Positions 12,430-23,192 of a stretch of 64,000 nucleotides of DNA are shown piece by piece. Position 1 is the first letter of the stretch, and every line of letters starts with the position of its first letter. The notes beneath the pieces were generated by a model. That model saw only the letters and a program-made list of their open reading frames with translations. It did not search any database and was not told where the DNA came from. Made by a program: the position numbers and the translations under genes. Origin of the DNA: Antedon mediterranea (Eukaryota > Animalia > Echinodermata); contig NC_092678.1 in the NCBI RefSeq assembly GCF_964355755.1, positions 4,728,422 to 4,792,421 of the forward strand, written 5' to 3'.

Positions 12430-13003
12430 CACCCAAGATGTTCAACGCCTGTTTCCATCTCGGCCAGTTGCAGACAGATCTGCAACTATCTTGATGTGGG
12501 ACCTGTGGATGTGGTTGGTGGGATTGCCCTGTTTGGCGATCCGACTACGTACCCCACCGAACAGGAGATCTGCGAGTTGAGAGGCATGGTTGTGAGGTGG
12601 GCTTGGGAGTGGCTCCTGGCTATTCGCCGACAACGGACCAATTCGATAGGCTTCTGGCCTTAGTCCGATCTCGAGAGGTTCGAGTAATTGGGAATGTGGG
12701 ATTGGATCATTCGGCCCCACCCACGGACTGGCCAAGGCAGGATAAACTTCTGAAGAGGGTGTTGGGTCGTTGTTTAGACGGCGGCCACCATCGCCTGCTT
12801 ACCTTGAAAATCACTGGAATACAAGGCGACACCACTGGGGAGGAGTGCCATTATCGCGCTTTCGACATTTTACGTGTGTAGGTGTCGAGGGAATAGCTCC
12901 TGGTAGACAACGTTTCTACGGAAGGTGTAGCAACCGCCTACCTCCGACACTTCCCCAGATTGTACTTCAGTGTAACAATCAGAGTGAAGAATTTCACCGC
13001 CGA
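12430..13003 (+). pseudogene. TatD-like (amidohydrolase-fold DNase) domain downstream of the Gypsy integrase
   Basis: Reconstructed MFNACFHLGQL...VVGGIALFGDP...GLGVAP...VIGNVGLDHS...WPRQ...LTLKITG...HFPRLYFSVT follows the TatD motif order DxHxH / GxHP / IGExGLD / Q / LHxR / YFGF. Confidence 0.65.
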
Positions 13004-14491
13004 CAACTCATCAAGAGAGCCAATTGATTGTCAGTATACACTGCTTAGGATCACCCTCTATAAATAGGGTAAAATAAAAATTCATTTGTGATGCAGCCAA
13101 TAAACAATGCTAATTGTGATAATTAAGATTACTATAATACGATTATCTATATCATAATATAACCCAAAGTGAACGTCGCTCATAGAGGGCATTCAGAGCC
13201 ACCTCGTGGGTGTTGAGGATGGAGAGACTGTTATGTTGAAACAACCCAATACAGTGTTATATTTATATCTGGATTTCAAGACTATGTGTGATTGATTACT
13301 ACCAATATATGATCATAAGTTTACACTACCAAAATGTGTTCTTCTATCTCCTCCTAAACCGCAAGCCTGATACTACCGCCGTATGAGCTAAGGTACCTTT
13401 TAGTTCCCCTTTATCCATTAGTCTATATTAGAACTGCGAATATGTAAGAAAAATGTGTTTTTTATACAAATTTCTTTGCAACTGCCAAAATCTTCGGCCG
13501 TTTCCACACTAGCAAATCAATTGAGCATGCAATATACAGCAACAATTAAGAGCACCACGGACAGCAGGTCATCGCCGATCAAGCATGCAATTGGCGACCA
13601 TGCACCATAAATCCTGAACCGGATGGAGGTATAGTAATCTCCTGCTTCGATTATTTATTAACAAATATATAAGAAAATATAATACCTCAATCAAATTACA
13701 ATATTTATAAGTTTGAACAAACAAACCTTTTGTCTTCTAAGAATACAGTAAACCTATTCACTTTATGAGCTTTCTTTACTAGGCCTGGGTAGGAGGCGCT
13801 TGAGTCCGGGATGCGATTTTATTTTTTGTAAATAAGTTGGGGATCACTTATGTGAAAGATAGTCAAACTACTTCCTAAATATAACTAAACCTAACCCTCT
13901 AAATAATCTCTATCTCACTATAAAGTAAAAAGAAGTTGCTCATGGAATTCGAACACCATACATTGACCAAGTTCATAGCCTAAAATGCACTCGACTACAC
14001 AGACGGCTCGACAGAAAGCAGTTGAATTTATAGCGAATTGTAGCTCAATTCTTACATCACACCTTTATGGATAATGATGTTTATTTTGTGACGTTCCAAC
14101 TCATATACGAAAAGAAATATCGCATCTGGGATTACCGAGCCACAAATGGTGCTCACCATGGTTCAATTTAGATCGAACCCTGGTTACCAACAAGGGCGTA
14201 TTCCGGTTCGGGTTCAGTTTCTACTGATCAGCGCTTAGAGAGGTTTTAAAACATAAACACTTTTAAATCCATGATATTATAATATAAATACTCTGCGTAT
14301 TTGTTAGACTCTCACAATGACATGCCATATACACTTATTATCCATTTCTAGAACATGTATTCACTTAATTTATCATGGTGCCTGTCCATTTATCATGGTG
14401 CTGTCCATTTATCATGGTGCGATCCATGTACTGTAAGTGCTACAAAGTCTAAACTACAACTGTTACTAGTAATAAACATAACATTCATTAC

Positions 14492-14675
14492 CTGCAAAAG
14501 CATCGAAATCTAAATCTCGTACCTCCTCAGATCAGGAATCTCATTCAAAGCATCGGCAGGATTAGCACCCACAGCTGACTCATGCTCTAAAGCATCTACT
14601 GCCATCTTACGTGCCCAATCATATTTCTCCAGGTGTACACGTGTACTGTCGAGTACCTCCACATACGCCTCAGTA
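14492..14675 (-). pseudogene. SUPT6H: Spt6 exon copy
   Basis: [28 protein letters not shown]...DLDFDAFA with cag acceptor and gtaat donor. Confidence 0.85.
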
Positions 14676-14927
14676 CTGTAAATAATAATAAAAGGGTTTC
14701 ATTATTTGATACATTTTTTTGGCATCATTGTATGAATACTTCATTTCATTTATTTTATTCGCACAAACAGCCACAACAGGGGGCCACATCACAGGTGATC
14801 CCATAACAAGTGATGACCACATCAAAGTAGTTATCTCCATTTCCTAGGCAGAGGTTTAGATAGTGCATCAAAATTCGGGCATGACAACCATGCCAACTCG
14901 AGTCACCCCCTTGTGAAAATAAATAGT

Positions 14928-15165
14928 ACCATAATAATAATAATAATAATATCCTGGATTTATATAGGGCCTAATGTTGTGAAACCTCTAATCGCTAAAG
15001 ATTATTACCCCAGTCATTTTTTGAATCAAACACCTATGGAAACATACTCCCATAATGCAGCTAGTAATCAGCGCAACCTTTATAAGGTCGTGAGGTAATT
15101 TCCCGATTGATCGTAATCAAAACGGTACTGGGTTTGGTCTACTCGCGTTCCTGCTCCCAACCAGT
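14928..15165 (-). mobile_element. SINE-like fragment with (TTA)n tail
   Basis: Minus strand ends ...ctatataaatccaggatattattattatt, an L2-type 3' tail; repeated at ~41255-41480. Confidence 0.4.
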
Positions 15166-15304
15166 ACATCCATTCATAGAAGCCTTTGAAAAAAAAGTTA
15201 TAAGCAATGACATCTTCATTTTCCCACAATCATCATGTTGATATCACGGAACTATTTGGTGTGGTGGCAGTATTTACAGCTGATCTTGGTTTGATTGTTT
15301 GGAT

Positions 15305-16400
15305 TTATTTCTTATATTATTTCATTTTATTTTTTTATTTTTATTATTATTTTTCTTTTATGCTTTTTATTTATTTTTACAAGGGTCAGGCAGATTCGAG
15401 TTGGCGTGGTTGTCATCTAAACCTCTGCCTAGGAAATGGAATATTTATAGTATGATTTTGTTGTGATGGTCTTCACAATCCTCATTCCACTCTCTCACAT
15501 TGCATGGTAAGAAGGGCCAAATCTGGTAATTAGTTCTGTGGGAATTGGATGAGAACTGGTTGGGATGTGAAGCCCTTTTTATTTTTAGAGCCAGTCGCTT
15601 CAAGGGGTCAAAAACAGAGTTGATAAAAAGCTGCTGGTTGCTGTACTTAGAGAAGAAACAATGTCTAGCTTCCTTTCTCCTGCTCTGTAGTGAGTTCCAT
15701 TTCAGTTCCTCCATCATGTTATTAACCCTTGAGGTTCTGCAAAACCTCCTAGTGACCCCATCTAGCTGCAATTCGTTGGATCTTCTCAAGACAAGTTATG
15801 TTGATTTGTGTGTGGGGATCCCATACAGTTAAAGCGTACTCCATTCTAGGTCATACTAGAGCTTTGTAGACTGCTTTCACCTTCTTAGAGCCATTTAAGA
15901 TTCCTTTTTAAGAATCCCAGAGCCTGGTTTCCAGCTTGGCAGACATTTGTGATGTGCTGGTTCCACACGCAATTTAGATCATTAGATATGGTGACACCGA
16001 GGTACTTGATGTTATCCACCTGCTTGATAACATGTCCATGCAAAGAATACAATATGGATGTAGGACCTTTCTTTCTAGATATGATCACGGCACTTATCTG
16101 GATGGAATTCCATCTCCCACATCTTCCTATTCAGCCAATTTGTAAATATCAGCTTGGAGACGGTTGTATCTCATCTCTTCTTGATGTGCTTTCTCAATGT
16201 ATAAGTGTATCATCGCCAAATAATCTGGTAGTGAACTTTAGGCAGGTCATTGATAAGAAGAGCCGATCATTGTGCTACACCAGATAATACAGGAATGTAT
16301 GAGTACTTTGTCCCGTTCATTACAACAGCTTGTGTCCTCTCTGAGAAATTTTTCAATACATCTTGAAGTCTTACCACAGACACCATTTCTTCTAAGCTTG
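15305..16400 (-). mobile_element. LINE (CR1/L2-group) RT C-terminus and 3' UTR, degraded
   Basis: LFGDDTL, KYLGVTISNDL, LGFLKRNL, LKWNSLQSRR; A-rich tail; continues at 21051 beyond the LTR insertion. Confidence 0.8.
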
Positions 16401-16494
16401 TGTAATGTAGTTGCCGCCCTCTAGGTAAGAGTAAGCGTGTGCAACATGGACGATGTGAATAAAGTATAATATAGAAGAGTGATAAAACATTACA
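16401..16494 (+). repeat. 5' LTR
   Basis: Identical to 20952-21045; TG..CA ends; contains AATAAA. Confidence 0.97.
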
Positions 16495-16497
16495 ATT

Positions 16498-16510
16498 TGG
16501 CGACGAGGAT
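16498..16510 (+). promoter_or_regulatory. Primer binding site, probably tRNA-Ser(GCT)
   Basis: TGGCGACGAGGAT is complementary to the ...AUCCUCGUCGCCA 3' end recalled for animal tRNA-Ser(GCU). Confidence 0.75.
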
Positions 16511-16601
16511 AAACGTGAATAAATGAGGATAGATAAATTAGATAAATGAGAATCGTAACTATACCGTCTTATATAAGTTAAATATCGTTTGAATAACCAC
16601 C

Positions 16602-19600
16602 ATGGCTATGGCGAATAGTAATATGCCTAGCCTGCCTGCATTTGATGTGCACGCCGATCTCGCCAGCAGAGCGACGAGGTGGACCAAGTGGCTGAAGCGT
16701 TTTGAGCGAGCCATGGTAGGCTTCGGAATTACAAATGATGCCCGAAAGAGAGCACTGTTGTTATTCTATGGAGGGTTAGAGTTACAAGATGAATTTGACA
16801 CCCTGCCAGATCAAGATACTGGTGGTGATGGTGGTACGTACACACAGGCCAAAGAAGCCTTGACAACACATTTAACCCCAAAAGGTAACATTGATTATGA
16901 AACGATAATTTTTCGTAGAATGAATCAGGAGCCTAGTGAGAAAATTGACCAGTACTGTAGTAGACTGCGTCTACAGGCTGTTAAGTGTAATTTCAATGAC
17001 ATTACCAGAGAAATTAAAACACAGATAATTTCAGGATGCAAAGACAGCCGATTTAGAAGGCGTATCCTAGAAAAGGAAAGAACATTGACACAAATTCTTG
17101 ATTTAGCACGGTCTGTTGAGTTGTCAGAAAAAAGGGCAACAGAGGTTGAAGGAAATTCATCCCAATCAGCTGTAAATGCGACAACAGAATCTGTGAATGC
17201 GATGAAGTTTACAAATCGTAGCCGTTCAAAGAAATATAATGGTACAAAGAATCAAAGTCAGTATAATAAATCCACTTACAAACAAAAGTCAAAACCAGCA
17301 GGAAAATCATCAACATGTAGAAAATGCGGTTTGGCATACCCACATGAGGCTGAGTGTCCAGCAAAAGGTAAAATTTGTAATTCATGTGGTAAACAAGATC
17401 ATTATGCACGAGTTTGTTTCACGAAAGGCAAACAACAAGTTAGCAGAGTGGAAGAACAGGTGTGCAGTAGTGGTGCAACAGGAGATACAGATTATGCTTT
17501 TGTTCTCCCAGGACCATCAAATAAGTTACCAACATGTGATATGATAGTCCACTGTAATAACAAGGTACAGATGCGAGCACTTGTAGACACAGGAGCGTCA
17601 GTGAACGTGATGGATAGTGTTTCATTTGATAAGATAGTACCCAAGCCAACAATTGACAAACACAAAACAGAAATCTTTGCATATGGAAAAGCAAATCCAC
17701 TGAAAGTAGTAGGAATTGTTAAACTCAAAATATCCATTGAATCCACACAGAAGTGTATAGAGACTGAGTTTTATATAGTACATGGTAATACAGGAAATTT
17801 GTTATCATGGAAAACATCTCAAGAACTAGAGCTTGTCAAACTAGCGTGTGGAATTGGTAAGAGTGAAGATAGTGTTCCTCAATGTATCAATGACTACTCA
17901 GAACTTTTTAGAGGTATTGGTAAAATCAAAGATGTAGAGATCAAGTTACACATCGACACAACAGTACCAACAAAGGAACAAAAACACAGGAGAATACCAT
18001 TTCATGTTCGTGCTGATGTTGATCGAGAGCTGAAGCGATTATTAGAACTTGACATCATAGAGAAAATTGAAGGACCAACACCGTGGGTCAGTCCAATCGT
18101 TGTAGTACCGAAGAAAAATGGAGTTCGTTTATGCGTTGATATGCGTGAAGCGAACCAAGCTATCAAGAGAGAAAAACACCCAATACCAACGTTAGATGAA
18201 ATTGTATCTGATTTGAATGGTGCATCAGTGTTTAGCACATTAGATTTGTCATCGGGATATCATCAATTTTCACTCCATCCTGAAAGCAGATATATTACAA
18301 CGTTTAGCACACACGTCGGTTTGTTTCGTTACAAACGGTTGATGTTTGGCGTGAATTCTGCCCCTGAATTATTTGCAGCTGCAGTAAGAAATTTATTGAG
18401 CGGGTTAAATGGATGCAGAAACATATCTGATGACATAATTATTTTTGGAAGGACAAAACAAGAACATGACATAAACCTTAAAGCAGTTCTTGAAAGATTG
18501 AAGCAATGTGGAGCAACTTTAAATAAAGAGAAATGTTGTTTTGCTCAACCAAAGGTTAAGTTTTACGGACATACATTCAGTAGTGACGGATTAGCTGCTG
18601 ATACACAGAAGATAGAAAGTCTCAAGAATGCTCCACGACCACAGTCGGCAAGTGAAGTAAAGTCCTTGTTAGGTATGGCTCAGTACTTGTCACGGTTCAT
18701 CTACAATTACGCTTCGATTACAACACCATTGCGAGAGCTTACTCATCAAAATAGCCAATGGAAATGGACAGGTGTTGAAGAACAATCATTTAAAGATCTA
18801 AAGAAAGCTTTAATTAGTTCTGATGTAATAACTTACTTTGACATTAACAAGAGAACAAATATTCTAGTAGATGCAAGCCCTGTAGGCCTGTCAGCTATTA
18901 TGTGCCAAGATGGTAAAGTGATAGGATATGGAAGCAGAGCATTATCCGATGTTGAAACGAGATACTCACAAACCGAGAGGGAAATGCTAGCTGTTGTATA
19001 CGGTGCTGAACATTTTCATTTGTACGTATATGGTGCAAAGTTCAAGATAACAACGGATCACAAGCCATTACTAGGAATCTTCAAAAGTCAAAAACAGATG
19101 TCCGCAAGGATTGAGAGATGGCGATTGCGACTAATGCCATATGATTGTGAAGTGATCTATAGACCAGGTATTGACAACCCTGCAGATTACTTGAGCAGAC
19201 ATCCTACTTCAACAGATACACAGACAGAAGTTAGTCAAGATGTTAATATGATAGGAAGTTATGTAAACTATGTTGTACAGAACAGTGTTCCAAAGGCAAT
19301 GACCAAACAAGAAATTGAAATAGAGAGTGATCGTGACGAAACATTCAAGAAATTGAGGAAAGCTGTTGAAAGTGGAAAGGATAAAGATTGGAAACATCCT
19401 TTGTTGGAACCATTTAAAAATGTGAAAGATGAAATAGCAGTAGTAGATAAAATCATATTACGAAGACATCAGATAGTTTTACCAGAGACATTGAGAGGAA
19501 AAGCTGTAGAATTGGCTCATGTAGGACACCAAGGGATCGTAAAGACTAAAGCATTGATACGTGAAAAAGTGTGGTTCCCTGGAATAGATAAAATGGTAGA

Positions 19601-20204
19601 ACGACAGGTTAGAAAATGCCTAGCATGTCAAGCGACTGTATCTACGAATGCAGAGAAACCAGAACCATTGAAGATGACAGAATTACCAACATTACCATGG
19701 ACTGAAGTGGCAGTTGATTTTAAAGGACCAATGCCAAATGGAAAATATTTGCTTGTTGTATATGATATGTATAGCAGATTTCCAGAAGTCGAGATAGTTC
19801 AGTCGACATCAGCGAAAGCAACTATTCCGAAATTAGATGCGATATTCGCAAGACATGGCATACCTAATATAGTATTGTCAGATAATGGACCTCCATTTAA
19901 CAGTCATGAGTTCGAGCAATTTGCAACATACCAAGGGTTTAAACATCGAAGAACGACTCCATTATGGCCGAGAGCAAATGGGGAAGTTGAAAGATTCAAT
20001 CGGACATTAACCAAAGTTCTTCAAACTGCAAGTGTTGAGGGAAGAAATCCGCATCAAGCGTTATATGAATTCCTCAGGCAGTATCGAGCAACCCCACATT
20101 CAACCACAAGGAAAAGTCCAGCTGAACTATTATATGGAAGAAAAATAAAAATATGTTTTCCATCACTGACTAAAGTAGACGAGAAGAATGGAAGAAGAAA
20201 ATGA
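16602..20204 (+). CDS. Gag-Pol polyprotein (Zn knuckles, protease, RT, RNase H, integrase)
   Basis: 1200-aa ORF: CRKC..H..C/CNSCGKQDHYARVC, LVDTGAS, ISDDII, VDASPVG, HVGHQG..CLAC, VDFKG / SDNGPPF / NGEVERF. Confidence 0.95.
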   Translation: MAMANSNMPSLPAFDVHADLASRATRWTKWLKRFERAMVGFGITNDARKRALLLFYGGLELQDEFDTLPDQDTGGDGGTYTQAKEALTTHLTPKGNIDYETIIFRRMNQEPSEKIDQYCSRLRLQAVKCNFNDITREIKTQIISGCKDSRFRRRILEKERTLTQILDLARSVELSEKRATEVEGNSSQSAVNATTESVNAMKFTNRSRSKKYNGTKNQSQYNKSTYKQKSKPAGKSSTCRKCGLAYPHEAECPAKGKICNSCGKQDHYARVCFTKGKQQVSRVEEQVCSSGATGDTDYAFVLPGPSNKLPTCDMIVHCNNKVQMRALVDTGASVNVMDSVSFDKIVPKPTIDKHKTEIFAYGKANPLKVVGIVKLKISIESTQKCIETEFYIVHGNTGNLLSWKTSQELELVKLACGIGKSEDSVPQCINDYSELFRGIGKIKDVEIKLHIDTTVPTKEQKHRRIPFHVRADVDRELKRLLELDIIEKIEGPTPWVSPIVVVPKKNGVRLCVDMREANQAIKREKHPIPTLDEIVSDLNGASVFSTLDLSSGYHQFSLHPESRYITTFSTHVGLFRYKRLMFGVNSAPELFAAAVRNLLSGLNGCRNISDDIIIFGRTKQEHDINLKAVLERLKQCGATLNKEKCCFAQPKVKFYGHTFSSDGLAADTQKIESLKNAPRPQSASEVKSLLGMAQYLSRFIYNYASITTPLRELTHQNSQWKWTGVEEQSFKDLKKALISSDVITYFDINKRTNILVDASPVGLSAIMCQDGKVIGYGSRALSDVETRYSQTEREMLAVVYGAEHFHLYVYGAKFKITTDHKPLLGIFKSQKQMSARIERWRLRLMPYDCEVIYRPGIDNPADYLSRHPTSTDTQTEVSQDVNMIGSYVNYVVQNSVPKAMTKQEIEIESDRDETFKKLRKAVESGKDKDWKHPLLEPFKNVKDEIAVVDKIILRRHQIVLPETLRGKAVELAHVGHQGIVKTKALIREKVWFPGIDKMVERQVRKCLACQATVSTNAEKPEPLKMTELPTLPWTEVAVDFKGPMPNGKYLLVVYDMYSRFPEVEIVQSTSAKATIPKLDAIFARHGIPNIVLSDNGPPFNSHEFEQFATYQGFKHRRTTPLWPRANGEVERFNRTLTKVLQTASVEGRNPHQALYEFLRQYRATPHSTTRKSPAELLYGRKIKICFPSLTKVDEKNGRRK

Positions 20205-20554
20205 AAGATAGCGGAGATATGTATTTGCATACAAAAGAAAGCGATTTGAAAGTTGGAGACAAAGTGCTTGTAAAGCAACAAAAGAAGAATATGTTAACAA
20301 CCCCGTTTGACCCAGATCCGTATATTGTAAGTTGGAGAAAAGGAAATGCTATAATTGCAGATAGGAATGGTATAAAAATTAGAAGGAACATTTCTCATTT
20401 CAAGAAAATAAACATTTTTAATGATTATGAGTCAGACGTCGATGATGATGTAGTAGAAAGACCCCAAGATGTAAATGATCAACAAGAACCAAGACGACCG
20501 CAAAGGAATCGACGAATGCCCGCAAGATATAATGATTTTGTGTTGGACCAATAA
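20201..20554 (+). CDS. Integrase C-terminal tail in a shifted frame
   Basis: KVGDKVLVKQ..PFDPDPY..RRNISHFKK..RPQRNRRMP is a typical Gypsy IN tail; implies a frameshift/deletion near 20180-20200. Confidence 0.75.
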   Translation: MKDSGDMYLHTKESDLKVGDKVLVKQQKKNMLTTPFDPDPYIVSWRKGNAIIADRNGIKIRRNISHFKKINIFNDYESDVDDDVVERPQDVNDQQEPRRPQRNRRMPARYNDFVLDQ

Positions 20555-20951
20555 GTTTGAAAATAATAGAAACAAAGGATATGAACATTGTTGAGTTGAT
20601 TCACATTTTGATGAACATTTAAATTTGATTTTGAGCAAAGTTATTGATTTCGAATTATTGGATAAGAACATTGATTATATTTGTGACAAGAGACATTGAT
20701 AAACAGTAAAAGACAATTTGAACATTTCTGAGAATTTAATTAGTAAACAATAATATATCTTGATAATTGACACTATGCAATTGATGGAGAATTACTTATA
20801 AAAAAAATATGCACTAATATGAAGCATAACAATCAGAGTATTAATAATTAAAATAAGCTAGTCAATATGATAAAGGTTAATAGTTAAAATGTTAGTTAAT
20901 ATTCAGTGTTGTATTTGATAGTTGTAGAACTTATCTAAAGTAAGGAGGGAA

Positions 20952-21045
20952 TGTAATGTAGTTGCCGCCCTCTAGGTAAGAGTAAGCGTGTGCAACATGG
21001 ACGATGTGAATAAAGTATAATATAGAAGAGTGATAAAACATTACA
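20952..21045 (+). repeat. 3' LTR
   Basis: Identical to the 5' LTR. Confidence 0.97.
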
Positions 21046-21050
21046 GCTTG

Positions 21051-21625
21051 TTTATCAGGAGTGGGTGGCACACTTTATCAAAAGCTTTTGAAAAGTCAAA
21101 TACAAGAACATCCTGACGTTTACCTTTCTCTGCAATTTCAGTGAGCTCGTCAAGTTAAGTCTCGGTAGATCTGTCACCGCGATATCCAAGTTGCTCATCT
21201 TTTAGGATGTTGTGCTGGTCACTATGAGACATCAGATTAGTAACGATGATGTGTTCCATAATTTTACAAGAGATACTGGTCAATGGTCTGTAGTTAGATG
21301 CTTTGTATCGCTCACCTTTTTTAAATACTGATGTTGATGTCAGGGCACTCTGACCAGCCCAACCTTTCATTATTAAGACACCGTTCAAGTTCATCCTCGT
21401 CAAAACTCTCAGGATCACTGAATACAGATTGGAATTGGTTATTAAGTATGTTGGCTGGCTTTTCAGGATCAGTCACTAGTCTACCATTATGTTTCAAGTT
21501 ATAAACACCAACATTTCTTTTGATTAGTTTCCGTAACTTCTTGTTTGGCACAATTTTTTCATCAGATGATCTTTTCTCAGTAACTGTCCAGTATTGACAT
21601 CTCGGTGAGCGTTGTATCTCCCTTT
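21051..21625 (-). mobile_element. LINE RT N-terminal part (continuation of 15305-16400)
   Basis: ILNNQFQSVF, FKKGERYKASNYRP, CKIMEHI, DFSKAFDKV. Confidence 0.8.
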
Positions 21626-21679
21626 GTAATTGTCATATGGGTGGAAGGGTAGGAAGCAATTTACAATAAGCAAACACAA

Positions 21680-22600
21680 CAACGTGGTTCGTTTCTAGTC
21701 GGCCATGTTACATCCGTGTACTTTTATTCGTGTATCATTATTAGACATAGAGGGCGGTGTATCGGTAATATATATTATCATGACATTAATGACTTATAGT
21801 TAAAGCTTGCAGAAACAAAGTCAAGAGGGAAATCATTAAAGCTAAAGTAAAATTTAATGCTGATAGAGTTAGACACCTGCAAAAAACTGACCCAGGTAAA
21901 ATGGCACCAACAGGTCAGAGTTATGACAAACACTAAGAAAATTGATCTCAATATACCAGTTCCTGAAATTTCTCCTTTGGATCATAAATCCTTTGCTAAT
22001 GTCATCAATGAATTGTTTACTAACATTAGTGCTCACATCCCTATTCTAAATAAAACTCAATTCCCCGCATTCCTTTTCTCTGACAAACCTGCACCTAAAC
22101 TTTTTCCTTGGGATATTAAAAAAAATAAAGATCTGTCAAAGAAAACAAGGCCTGCAGACCAGATTTGGTCCCGCCCAAAATTGTTAAATTATTTGCCATG
22201 GAGTTTAGTGAACCACTTTGTGATATACTCAACTGTTCTTTTTCTGAAAAAGTGGAAAAGGCAGTTGTAGTGGAAAAAGGCAGTTGTAGTCCTTGTGCCC
22301 AAGGTTCAGCCTCCTACTATTGACTATTGACAAACTCAGACCTATCTCCATTACTTCTGTGTTTGCCAAAGGAGCTGAGGAGTTTATCACTGACTGGATC
22401 TTGCAAAATATAAGTACAAAAATCGATGTTAACCAGTTTGGAAATGTTAATCTACTGCTCATTACCTGACCCACTTGGTGCATTATCTCTGTCAAGGTGC
22501 TGAGAATAAGCACAATGTTGGTACCATGGTTCTTACTGATTTCTCGAAGGCCTTTGATCTTATCGACCATACCATCCTTGTTAGTAAGATCATTGATTTA
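21680..22600 (+). mobile_element. Second LINE fragment (RT), opposite orientation
   Basis: LRPISITSVFAK, NQFG, LTDFSKAFDLIDH. Confidence 0.75.
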
Positions 22601-22767
22601 CTAATAGCCCTATACCCTACTTCATTAAATTATTAAATTCTTAATTATTTCCCCAGCGAGCTTGCGATTGCTCTTCCCCTCTATGTTTTTGTTTATTTTA
22701 TTAATTTTTTATATATATATATTTACTATGACATGTTTTTTACCTGCAATTTGGCTCTTACCCACGA

Positions 22768-23180
22768 ATGTTGGAAGAATTTCATCTGGTTGTGGAATAG
22801 GTATTACATAAAATTTCTTTTTGAACAACCAAAAATAGTATAAGCGAACTTACAGTACGTTTCGAAACCTATCAGGTTTCATTCTCAACTGGCGTTTCAT
22901 CGTCTAGCGTTGTTAGAGTCGATCAACATCAGAAAACATGGAAAAATCATGAACAGAGATGAAGGAGCCCACGAATTGTCACACATTTATGATCAACTAT
23001 TGGAGAAGGGGGCACGTCCTTTTGGACCTATTGGTGGCGCTATACCAACTCATCGTCGTCATGGGATTAACAACGCTAGACGATGAAACGCCAGTTGAGA
23101 ATGAAACCTGATAGGTTTCGAAACGTACTGTAAGTTCGCTTATACTATTTTTGGTTGTTCAAAAAGAAATTTTATGTAAT
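22768..23180 (+). mobile_element. 5'-truncated Penelope-like element with inverted pseudo-LTR
   Basis: 113-bp inverted arms 22803-22915 / 23068-23180 flank ESINIRKHGKIMNRDEGAHELSHIYDQLL (GIY-YIG C-terminus). 12-bp duplication TCTTACCCACGA at 22756-22767 and 23181-23192. Confidence 0.85.
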
Positions 23181-23192
23181 TCTTACCCACGA

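Larger units (their letters stand above)
16401..21045 (+). mobile_element. Near-intact Gypsy (Mag-like) LTR retrotransposon
   Basis: Identical 94-bp LTRs (TGTAATG...CATTACA); TSD GCTTG at 16396-16400 and 21046-21050; PBS TGGCGACGAGGAT at 16498; PPT ending 20951. Confidence 0.97.

Noticed and set aside
13140-14300. Duplicated non-coding-looking block (also ~39620-40640)
   Set aside because: No protein or RNA motif recognised on either strand; explained by the segmental duplication.
14835-15440. Inverted repeat (~14835-14925 vs ~15365-15440) as transposon TIRs
   Set aside because: Better explained as two tail-to-tail copies of the same LINE 3' UTR; no TSD seen.
17209-20671. Short antisense and alternate-frame ORFs inside the Gypsy element
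   Set aside because: Shadows of the gag-pol ORF with no recognisable motifs.
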